A stretch of 64,000 nucleotides of DNA from Clostridia bacterium (GTDB taxonomy: Bacteria > Bacillota > Clostridia > RGIG6154), in NCBI GenBank assembly GCA_045648505.1, contig JAZROD010000056.1, forward strand, positions 4,865 through 68,864, in the 5' to 3' direction. Shown one piece after another: positions 9,411 to 18,039 of this stretch (its first letter is position 1; the number at the start of each line of letters is the position of its first letter). The translations under genes were made by a program, and so were the position numbers. The notes under the pieces are model-generated. The model searched no databases and was not told the origin of the DNA. It worked only from the letters and a program-made list of their open reading frames with translations.

Positions 9411-12400
9411 ATGAGCAAAAAAATAATAAGCTTTATACTAGCAGTTTTGATGATTTTATCTTGTTTAACAGCTTCGGCTGCAGTAGGAGGCTCTGCTTCA
9501 GGAGGAACAAGTGGTGGAGGAGGTTCTTCTTCGGGTGTTTTTTTAAGCGGAAAAATAAATCTCCCTGATGGTTATGTGTTCAACGGCAGAGAAGAAATAG
9601 AACTTTATGTAAGTGAAAGTTATGATTCGTGGGGATACGAATACTATAGTTTTACATCTGTAAATGCTGATGGTACATATAGTTTTGAAATTCCTTTGGA
9701 TCTTATAGGAAATTATGCCGTATCAATAAATCTGTACAATTTCAGTGCACCTGTTGTTGATGGTGGCTATGATTATGATAAAATGGTGCAGTTTACAGGT
9801 GGAAATATAGCCGGTATTGATTTTGTGGCAAAAAAGGGATACACAATATCAGGAAAAGTGTTGTTTGATGATGTTGTTGTTGAAAATGCGGCGGTAAGCG
9901 GTTTTATTACAGCATATAAATATGATGGAACCTTTCTTAATATGGAGGAAATCGGTGAAGGTGAATTTTATAAAAGTTTTAACGACAAATCAACAACTTT
10001 TGATTATTCACTGACCGTGCCTGAGGATGCAGGAGATATTGTAGTAGTTTTAAAAGCAAGATGTTACAATAACAACCAGGGTGCTATGAAATCAAATGTT
10101 ATTGAAGACTATGTTTATTATGCAGGTAATAAAGGCTCAACTCTCAATTATAAGGAAGCGGAAGTTGTAACTGTAAACGGTGATGTTTCGGGTATAGATA
10201 TCTCTCTTAAAGCAGGTGTTGGATTTTCTGTTAAAGGAATGTTTCCATCACAGGCAACAGGTTATTCTAAAAGAGCAATATTTAGTATCGCAGATAAGAA
10301 TATGTCTGTAATTCATAGTGGAGAATGTTACTTTTATTCAAATGCGGAATACGCGTCTGTTGTACTTCCACCTGAATATATGAATGAAGAAGTATATATA
10401 TACTATGATCTTGTTTATAGTGATGATTATTTATATTCGGACAGACTTTTTATAAATCCTGATTCAAGTGTTGAAAAAGATCAAAGTAAAGCCAAGCTTC
10501 ATACCTTAAGCGCGGCAAACAGTTTAAGCTTCACATTAGGATTGAAAACTGATTTTGCAAGCGGAATTAAGGGTAAAATCAGCTTTGAAGAGGGCTGTGA
10601 TCTGGGAAAAAGCAGTTTTAACTGTACCATAACGGCGGAAAATACCTCAACATATCAGACTGAAAATATATATATTTACGAAGATGAAATAGGTGAATAT
10701 GAATATTTTATACCTGTAACAGAGGAAGGTAAATATAAAGTATATGCAAGAATTTCCTGCTATGATGAAGAAAGTAACATATCAGAGTGCACATACTATT
10801 ATAATTCAGCAGGTACTGTATATACATACGACAAAGCTGAGGAAATAGATATTGCAAACAGCACAAGTGTTGATTTTGAGTTTAAAAAATTAAAAAAATT
10901 CAAAGGTCAGATTGTTGCAGATGAAAAAATTGAAATTTGCGATAATTTTAATGCAGAGATTCAGATATATACAGATGAAAACAGGTATAGTAAAAATATA
11001 AAAGTTGATGAAAATGGAAATTTTGAAGTATTAATACCTGTAAATATTTATGGTAAATGCAGTGCTTATGTTCATATTGGTGAAGGCTCAAATATTATAC
11101 CGGGCTACTATTATTACGGAGATGGTTCAGGCTCGGATGAGTTTGATATTGATTTTTCTGATTCCGCTGAAAGAATTGAATTCAATGTAAAAACAGGAAA
11201 AGTAATTTCAGGAAAATTTATTCTCCCTGAAAATGCAGAAGTAAATAACGGTCAAGCATTTGATGTGGGTGTTGGAACTTTAAATTATGATGGAAGTTTA
11301 TACCGTAATTACAACTTATTACTTGAATTTGCAGAAGGTGAAAGAGAAAAAGAATTTATGTTTGCATTGCCTGAAGAAGAGTTTGACGAATATGTGCTAT
11401 GGGCAACAGGTTCATCAAATATGGGAAATTCAAACATTTATGATGAAATAATTTATTATGCAGAAGATAAAACAAGCAGTATAAAGCTTTCTGATGTAGC
11501 AAAATTTACAAATGAAGGTCAAGAGAATATTGAGTTTTATGCTGTGTGCGGCAGAAAAACAGCAATAACTGTTAAAAATCCTCAGGATGGAAACTATGCA
11601 AGAGGTAATTGTACAGTTGAAACAGATTTCTTTAAAAAGCAGTTTTCTTTCTATCTTTATGGTGGAAATGAACTAAGTAAAAATATGGTAATAACCGATG
11701 AGTTGCTTGGTGAAGAAGCCTATGTTTATTACACATTAAACGACTATTCAAATGTTACAGTTTATGTTAATCCGGATGGAAGTATAACAACTAAAAAGAG
11801 TGAAGCAGTAAAACATAAAATAACAAATGATACATCATTTGTTGTCAATATCTCTGCAGATGAGAGTATTTATAAGGTTCCGCCAATTAAAGGAGTAATA
11901 AGCTTTTCAGATACAGGTTATGTTTATGATGAGTATAATGAACCCACAAACATTATCTGCTATTTGTATGTTTATAAGAATTCTGAAGAGGTTTATGATC
12001 AGCGTTTGTCAGTATCAAAAGAAGAAAATGCTTCCTTTGAAGCTTCCTTGCCCGAAGAAGGAGAATATAAATTATCAATATATTTGAACAGACCGTGGGG
12101 AAGTTCAACAAATTTTGTATGCAATGAGACACTTTGGTACACAGAAAATGGCTGGTCATTAAATGAAGCAGAAGCGAAAATCATAAACAATTCTTCAGTG
12201 CAGAATTTAGAACTGGTTATTCCTGAAGTTCCAACAATCAAAGGAACAATAAAATTTCCTGAAGAAGCGTACACAGAAAGCCGAATTCCTGTTATTATAA
12301 CAGCGGTATCAATCGACGGAAGAGAAGGAATGGAATTTGTTGAGTATCTTGATGAAATTAATGATGTTGATTTCTCAGTTTCAGGAATTTATGGTGTTGA

Positions 12401-15400
12401 AAAATACAATCTGAAAGTTCAGTTTGGTTACAGTTACACATCCTATGATACAAACTTGCCGACAGGTGAAATTTTCTATTATACAGAAGATGGATTAAGC
12501 TCGGCTGAAGATGCAGAGAAAAAAGTGGTGGAAGATAATGATGTAATAGAGATAACTGCACCTGTTAATGAGACCATTATGGGAACAATATCATTCCCTG
12601 AAGGAGCAAAACTTAGTGATTATACTAATGTTACGGTATATCTTTATGATGAAAATTCAAATCGTATAGGTTACAAAGAGTATAACCCTGACAATACTGA
12701 AGCCTTTGATTTTAAACTTAATGGTTCGAAAAATACTAGTAAATATCGTGTTGAAGTTTATGTAGGAACAGATGAAACCTCCAATCTTGAAAACGGATGG
12801 TTTTATTTAACCTCGGACGGATTAACAGGTTCAAATTCTGTAGAGGAATATTTTACAACAGAAGAAATAAAAAATGCACAGATTGTATTAAGGGAAAAAA
12901 GATATATAAAAGGCAAAATATACGCTTCTGATTATAAAGCTTATGGTGAGGTTTCTGATACTGTAAGAATTGGTTTTACATCAGGCTATATGACTACTTA
13001 CCGTGATGCAAGTTTAGATGAAAATCTTAATTTTGTAGCAGAAATTCCTCATAGTATATATGGAGAAGGGTACATAAGTATTCAGGTTAATGAAAATGAC
13101 AAAAACAATGTAATAAAAAATGAATATTTCTATTATGCAGATGCGAACGGAAATAAAAAGCCGATAAACTTTAGTTCGGAAGATATATCGGATATTTTTG
13201 TTGAAGTTGAAACAGGTAATGTTTTAAGCGGAAAACTTATATTGCCTGAAGATGCACAGATGTCTGAAAACGGGAATTTTAATGCTTATGTGTACTATGG
13301 ATATTCAAACTATAGTGCAAAGGCTGTATTTGAGGGCGGAAAAAAAGAAGCGGATTTCTTTATGGTGCTTCCTGATGATTTTAACGGAGCATATGGTCTT
13401 TATGCATATGTTTCAAATGCATCGGGTGTTTGTCCTAATTTGTATATTGGCTATGTTTATTATACAAAGAACGGTTCTACTGTATATGAGAACAATGCAG
13501 ATGAATTTGCAATAACAAGTGATATTACCGACATAGAGTTTTATCTTTTGACAGGCTTTGTTTACGAATTTAATTTTAGCTTACCAAGTGATATAACAAA
13601 TTCAGAGGGGTTATATTTGTATGCAGAAGTTAATAAAGAAAAATTCAGTAAATCATTGTCCTTAAGCAGTTCAAAGCCAACTACTACAGTAAACGTTGTA
13701 TTCCCTGAAGAATACAATGGTAAAGAAGCGGTGTTTTATTACCAGCTTGTATATACTTATAACAATGAGCTTTACAGAGAAAAAGTATATATAAATACAG
13801 ATGAAGAGCTTGCAATTGATGTATCAATAGCAGACAAACATAGTATTGATGGAGAAAATCATAAGATTGATGTAACTTTAGCAAAATTAAGCGAGCTTAA
13901 TAAACCGGAGTATGAGTTCTGGACACAGTATCCTTATAAAAACAGTGAAAATAATGTTTACAGTTATGAATATAGCGGAGAAGAGGAAATTGACTATCTT
14001 AAAGTAGCTTTCTCTGATGAGTGCTATCTTGCATATCGTGACTCTGCTTATATTTACTACGGTGACGGTCAAAGAATGGGACCATACAAATCAGATGATC
14101 TTGCAGGCAAAACCATAAATATTCCGGGTGATAAATTCAGTATAGAGATTAATTCTGTAGGTTCAGAAACTGCATTTGGTATTGCGGCTAAATCTATAGA
14201 AGGTAAAAAGTTCACAATAGAAACAGATCATCCGTATACAGAAACAATTTATCCTTACACATATTCAAAAAATGCGGAAGGATTGAGAATTTATTTTGAA
14301 GATACTGTTTATTTTTCTGGCAGTATGCAGATAACATATACCGATAAAGACGGAGAGCAGGAAACGGATTATTACAGTTATTATGATCTTTCAGGAAGGT
14401 CAATAGATATAAGAGGCAATAGCTTCACAATTACACTTCCTGCCAACAGTGGCGGATATTACGGTTTTTCAATTACAGATATTGAACCAATAGAGTATCA
14501 TAATGTAACATTTAAAAATTATGACGGTGAAGTTCTGGAAGTAATTGAAGTTGAAAACGGCGATAGTATAGAGGATACATACTATTACTTTGAAGACCCG
14601 ACCAGAGAAAGAGATGAAAAATATATTTACACCTTTAAAGGTTGGGATAAGAGTCTTGAAAACATAACTTCCGATATGGATGTTTATGCCATCTATCACG
14701 AATATGAATATTATACCGTTGAGTTTAAAGAAGCTGAAGAAAGTGAAGTAATTTACACAGCTTATGTAATTAAAGGCAATGAAGCAGAATATGATAGCGC
14801 TTATCTTCCTGTTAAGGCTTCCACAGAAGAATACGGATATGTGTTTAAAGGATGGAATATAGACCTTACAGAAATCAATTCTGACTGTACTGCTTTGGCG
14901 GTGTTTGACGAAAGAGAAATACTTGTTCAGTCTGAACACCCTTATGACCAAGAAAGTGTTCTTGAATACACATTTGACTATGAAGGAAGTGCAGACAGTT
15001 TAATCCTCGAATTTTCTTCAGATACAGTTTTCGGTGACGGAGACAGATTGTATATTTATTCAGACGATTATGTGCAGAGATATGAAGGCAGAGAACTGTC
15101 TTCAGGTGTTGCAGTTATACCGGGTAAAAATGTAAGATTTGTTATTAAATGCAATTCTTTGCAAGGCGGAAACGGTTTTGCACTTGTTGGCGTTAAACCA
15201 CAGTGGCACGAATTCTCTGACTGGTACACCTACATATATCCTGAATGTTTAACTGAAGGCTATCAGGAAAGATGGTGTTATTTGTGTGATAAGACAGAAG
15301 AAAGAGAAATAAAACCTCTTGGACACAGTTTTGGTGTGTGGGAAAACGAATATGACGAGTACAATAACGAAACAGGCGTAGTATTCAGAGAATGCGTAAG

Positions 15401-17954
15401 ATGCAACGAGCAGGAAATCTTCGAAGGAGATTTAAACCACTGTTCTATCGTAAATCTTAAAATTGTTGACGCCGTTACAATGAAACCTCTTTCAAATGTT
15501 TCTGTGACTGCTTATGATGAAAATGGCAGTGAAACAGTATTCTATACAAATGATGACGGTACTGCAAGCCAGATGCTTTTAAAAGGTACAAACAATCTGG
15601 TTGTTTATTGTGAAGATTACATAATGAGAAATATTTCAATAAAGGCAGACGGCGTTATAACAAATGTTCCTGTGCTTGGTCTTACACAAAAACCTGCAGT
15701 AGAGTGCAAGCTTGAAGCGAAGATAATGGACATGGAAGAAATAAAAGCTGCGGGAATTGATACAACAGATCCTCTTAACAGCCATGTTTATAAATACAGT
15801 ATAAACCTTGGTTTTGGCGAAGAACAAACTGTTTATTTCAACAAAGAGGGAGATTATATAGAACGAGGCGGAAAGATTGTTGTCCATGACGACGAAAAAG
15901 ATATTACTGCAACAATTCACCCTGTTAATGAAAGATATTATCTTGTAATTTACGGTCAGGCTAAATGGCTTAAAGAAATGTTTGATGTTGAGCTTGTGGC
16001 TTTGAATACATCAAATACAGATACTATTGAAAATCTTACTGCAGAAATAATACTGCCTGAAGGTATGTCTCTTGCAACGATGGACAGAGAAGCGCAGAGC
16101 GATGTTCACAGAATGGGAACACTTAAAAGCAACGAAAGTAAATCTGTGCACTGGTATGTAAGAGGGGATGAAAAAGGAGAGTATAACATTTCTGCGAAGC
16201 TTACAGGTAATCTTATGCCGTTTGATGAACAGTTCTGTTATGAATATTCAACAGATGAGCCTGTTAAGGTGTATGCAGGCGATGCTCTTGAAATGAATAT
16301 TGTTGTTCCGTCAACAGCTGCTTACGGTGAAGATTACACAGTTAAAATTGAGATTCAGAATGTTTCAGACAGAACAATTTATAATTTAACAAACAGTACA
16401 GATAAAATCGTGCAGAGTAAATTCTTGTATGTTGATGAAAAAGGCTACGAAAAGTATTTTGAAGAAAATGCTTTAGGCTATGTTAAAGTTGATGAATTGA
16501 AGCCAGGAGAAAAAATCGTATCTGAAATTAAATCAAATATTCTTTTTGAGTCCGAGACAATCAAAAAGAAGATTGAAAATCTTGCATCCCGTCTTAAAGA
16601 TGAAACGGATATTGCCGCAATATTCAATGCATACAAATCAACCCTTGATTTGCTTAATGACAATTATGATATTGTCTATAACGCTTTAGGTAATACCGAA
16701 AGATCTTTAACACATATTAGTGACGAAAAGAAAGAAAGTGCAGTAAACTTGAAAAATGTACTTTCAGATTGTGAAGTGTTTATAAAAGATGGCGTAAGCA
16801 GCAGAGCTATGTATTTTATAAACAGACTTAAACAGGAAAATACTTTTGAAGAACTTACAAAGCTTTCAAAAGATGCAAATTATTACACAGTATGGACATC
16901 GGATAGAATTCAGAAACTGGCAGATGAAATTGAACTGCTCTATGAAGAAGCAACAACAACTGACCAGTGTGCAGATTACGATGTGTACGAAAACATAAAA
17001 AGAGTTGTTGGTGCCGTACCTGTAAGCTTCTGGCTTGACAGTGCAGTTGTTTTAACTCTTGAAGGCTCAACAACAAGTATTCCTTATAAAGTAACAGTTG
17101 TTCCCGGAGAAAACCATATCGGAATAACAAACATAAGCAACTATTATTACAATATACTGTCAAATGCCATTGAAAAAATGAGCAAGCCTTCTTATACACA
17201 GATACACGGAGATATCCGTGATAAGGAAGGTGTTATGCAGGTTGCGGATATTCTGAAAGCACAAGTTGAAGAAAACTTAATCTTTGAAGTTACAGATGTT
17301 ACCGGTGACACCCGCTTCAATGCCTGGGTAGAAGGGGAATACGGAGCGAAATTTGAAATAAGCTCAACTGCAGAAAATGCAGGGGTAACAGAAGGTGGAA
17401 TTACCTTTACAGGTCCGTCATATCTTATGGTTTCATCGGAAGATATCGGCAAAGGAACTTTATATGTTGAAAAAGTAGATGATGTATCTGCTTTTGCAAG
17501 AAATAATAATGTTTATAGCTTCAAAATTGAAACTGTTCAGCAACATATATGCAGTAACGATAAGTGGACAGAAGTTGTAAGTGCATACGATGACATTGAC
17601 GGCTATGAAGCAAAATATTGTAGTGTTTGCGGTGTGCTTATGGATATGAGAACAATTGAAGCAAAAGACGAATGCAGCAGTGGTTCATTTGTTATAAGTG
17701 AAGGAGTATTGACAAATGATACATTTAAGTGCAAAATGTCATTTGATGCTGAAACACCTGCCCGTTCTGCGAAAGCCTTGATTGTTATGAAAAATAAGGA
17801 CGGCGTAGTTGTGCATACAGGCTCAGATGATATAAAAATCAAGCCGGATTCAACAGTGGATATAGAAATTCCTGTTAAAGATGTTGAATACGAAGAATAT
17901 AAAATATTGCTCTGGGATAACTTTATGAAGTTAAGACCTGTTGCAAACAACTAA
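9411..17954 (+). CDS. Giant (2847 aa) secreted or cell-surface modular protein. After the signal peptide there is a Gly/Ser linker and more than 10 tandem prealbumin/CarboxypepD_reg-like beta-sandwich repeats. These are followed by 2 Listeria-Bacteroides (flg_new) repeats, CUB-like segments, two Cys-rich modules and CARDB/DUF11-like repeats. No LPXTG, S-layer-homology, dockerin or C-terminal TM anchor was seen.
   Basis: N-terminus MSKKIISFILAVLMILSCLTASA-AVGGSASGGTSGGGGSSSG (signal peptide with AXA site, or a possible lipobox Cys). Recurring repeat heads of the form [IL]SGK[IV]..LPE[DN]A... (ISGKFILPENAEV, LSGKLILPEDAQM, IKGTIKFPEEAY, IMGTISFPEGAKL). flg_new-type repeats HNVTFKNYDGEV...YTFKGWDKSL and YTVEFKEAEES...YVFKGWNIDL. 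CARDB-like LTAEIILPEGMSLAT...SKSVHWYVRGDEKGEYNISAKLTG. Uninterrupted 8.5 kb ORF with its own promoter and terminator. Confidence 0.85.
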   Translation: MSKKIISFILAVLMILSCLTASAAVGGSASGGTSGGGGSSSGVFLSGKINLPDGYVFNGREEIELYVSESYDSWGYEYYSFTSVNADGTYSFEIPLDLIGNYAVSINLYNFSAPVVDGGYDYDKMVQFTGGNIAGIDFVAKKGYTISGKVLFDDVVVENAAVSGFITAYKYDGTFLNMEEIGEGEFYKSFNDKSTTFDYSLTVPEDAGDIVVVLKARCYNNNQGAMKSNVIEDYVYYAGNKGSTLNYKEAEVVTVNGDVSGIDISLKAGVGFSVKGMFPSQATGYSKRAIFSIADKNMSVIHSGECYFYSNAEYASVVLPPEYMNEEVYIYYDLVYSDDYLYSDRLFINPDSSVEKDQSKAKLHTLSAANSLSFTLGLKTDFASGIKGKISFEEGCDLGKSSFNCTITAENTSTYQTENIYIYEDEIGEYEYFIPVTEEGKYKVYARISCYDEESNISECTYYYNSAGTVYTYDKAEEIDIANSTSVDFEFKKLKKFKGQIVADEKIEICDNFNAEIQIYTDENRYSKNIKVDENGNFEVLIPVNIYGKCSAYVHIGEGSNIIPGYYYYGDGSGSDEFDIDFSDSAERIEFNVKTGKVISGKFILPENAEVNNGQAFDVGVGTLNYDGSLYRNYNLLLEFAEGEREKEFMFALPEEEFDEYVLWATGSSNMGNSNIYDEIIYYAEDKTSSIKLSDVAKFTNEGQENIEFYAVCGRKTAITVKNPQDGNYARGNCTVETDFFKKQFSFYLYGGNELSKNMVITDELLGEEAYVYYTLNDYSNVTVYVNPDGSITTKKSEAVKHKITNDTSFVVNISADESIYKVPPIKGVISFSDTGYVYDEYNEPTNIICYLYVYKNSEEVYDQRLSVSKEENASFEASLPEEGEYKLSIYLNRPWGSSTNFVCNETLWYTENGWSLNEAEAKIINNSSVQNLELVIPEVPTIKGTIKFPEEAYTESRIPVIITAVSIDGREGMEFVEYLDEINDVDFSVSGIYGVEKYNLKVQFGYSYTSYDTNLPTGEIFYYTEDGLSSAEDAEKKVVEDNDVIEITAPVNETIMGTISFPEGAKLSDYTNVTVYLYDENSNRIGYKEYNPDNTEAFDFKLNGSKNTSKYRVEVYVGTDETSNLENGWFYLTSDGLTGSNSVEEYFTTEEIKNAQIVLREKRYIKGKIYASDYKAYGEVSDTVRIGFTSGYMTTYRDASLDENLNFVAEIPHSIYGEGYISIQVNENDKNNVIKNEYFYYADANGNKKPINFSSEDISDIFVEVETGNVLSGKLILPEDAQMSENGNFNAYVYYGYSNYSAKAVFEGGKKEADFFMVLPDDFNGAYGLYAYVSNASGVCPNLYIGYVYYTKNGSTVYENNADEFAITSDITDIEFYLLTGFVYEFNFSLPSDITNSEGLYLYAEVNKEKFSKSLSLSSSKPTTTVNVVFPEEYNGKEAVFYYQLVYTYNNELYREKVYINTDEELAIDVSIADKHSIDGENHKIDVTLAKLSELNKPEYEFWTQYPYKNSENNVYSYEYSGEEEIDYLKVAFSDECYLAYRDSAYIYYGDGQRMGPYKSDDLAGKTINIPGDKFSIEINSVGSETAFGIAAKSIEGKKFTIETDHPYTETIYPYTYSKNAEGLRIYFEDTVYFSGSMQITYTDKDGEQETDYYSYYDLSGRSIDIRGNSFTITLPANSGGYYGFSITDIEPIEYHNVTFKNYDGEVLEVIEVENGDSIEDTYYYFEDPTRERDEKYIYTFKGWDKSLENITSDMDVYAIYHEYEYYTVEFKEAEESEVIYTAYVIKGNEAEYDSAYLPVKASTEEYGYVFKGWNIDLTEINSDCTALAVFDEREILVQSEHPYDQESVLEYTFDYEGSADSLILEFSSDTVFGDGDRLYIYSDDYVQRYEGRELSSGVAVIPGKNVRFVIKCNSLQGGNGFALVGVKPQWHEFSDWYTYIYPECLTEGYQERWCYLCDKTEEREIKPLGHSFGVWENEYDEYNNETGVVFRECVRCNEQEIFEGDLNHCSIVNLKIVDAVTMKPLSNVSVTAYDENGSETVFYTNDDGTASQMLLKGTNNLVVYCEDYIMRNISIKADGVITNVPVLGLTQKPAVECKLEAKIMDMEEIKAAGIDTTDPLNSHVYKYSINLGFGEEQTVYFNKEGDYIERGGKIVVHDDEKDITATIHPVNERYYLVIYGQAKWLKEMFDVELVALNTSNTDTIENLTAEIILPEGMSLATMDREAQSDVHRMGTLKSNESKSVHWYVRGDEKGEYNISAKLTGNLMPFDEQFCYEYSTDEPVKVYAGDALEMNIVVPSTAAYGEDYTVKIEIQNVSDRTIYNLTNSTDKIVQSKFLYVDEKGYEKYFEENALGYVKVDELKPGEKIVSEIKSNILFESETIKKKIENLASRLKDETDIAAIFNAYKSTLDLLNDNYDIVYNALGNTERSLTHISDEKKESAVNLKNVLSDCEVFIKDGVSSRAMYFINRLKQENTFEELTKLSKDANYYTVWTSDRIQKLADEIELLYEEATTTDQCADYDVYENIKRVVGAVPVSFWLDSAVVLTLEGSTTSIPYKVTVVPGENHIGITNISNYYYNILSNAIEKMSKPSYTQIHGDIRDKEGVMQVADILKAQVEENLIFEVTDVTGDTRFNAWVEGEYGAKFEISSTAENAGVTEGGITFTGPSYLMVSSEDIGKGTLYVEKVDDVSAFARNNNVYSFKIETVQQHICSNDKWTEVVSAYDDIDGYEAKYCSVCGVLMDMRTIEAKDECSSGSFVISEGVLTNDTFKCKMSFDAETPARSAKALIVMKNKDGVVVHTGSDDIKIKPDSTVDIEIPVKDVEYEEYKILLWDNFMKLRPVANN

Positions 17955-17963
17955 AAAATAAAA

Positions 17964-17994
17964 AAGCTTTCTGATTTTCAGAGAGCTTTTTTGT
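17964..17994 (+). terminator. Intrinsic terminator of the giant gene
   Basis: AAGCTTTCTGA-ttt-TCAGAGAGCTT stem (one G-U pair) followed by TTTTTTG. Confidence 0.6.
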
Positions 17995-18039
17995 TTACAA
18001 ATAGCTTGTTTTGTGGTAAACTAATATAATAAGAAAGGT

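Noticed and set aside
11953-17950. Many 60-160-aa minus-strand and alternative-frame ORFs inside the giant gene (for example 14469-14951 and 16855-17199)
   Set aside because: All are embedded in the 8.5 kb + strand ORF. They have Phe/Ile/Leu/Asn-rich composition expected of the reverse complement of a GAA/GAT-rich gene, and none has an RBS.
9411-17954. Dockerin, cohesin, LPXTG or SLH anchoring modules in the giant protein
   Set aside because: I searched the translation for D-x-N-x-DG dockerin repeats, LPxTG followed by a hydrophobic tail, and SLH-like motifs, and none was found. Other Asp/Asn-rich segments such as DENGNFEV do not form dockerin pairs.
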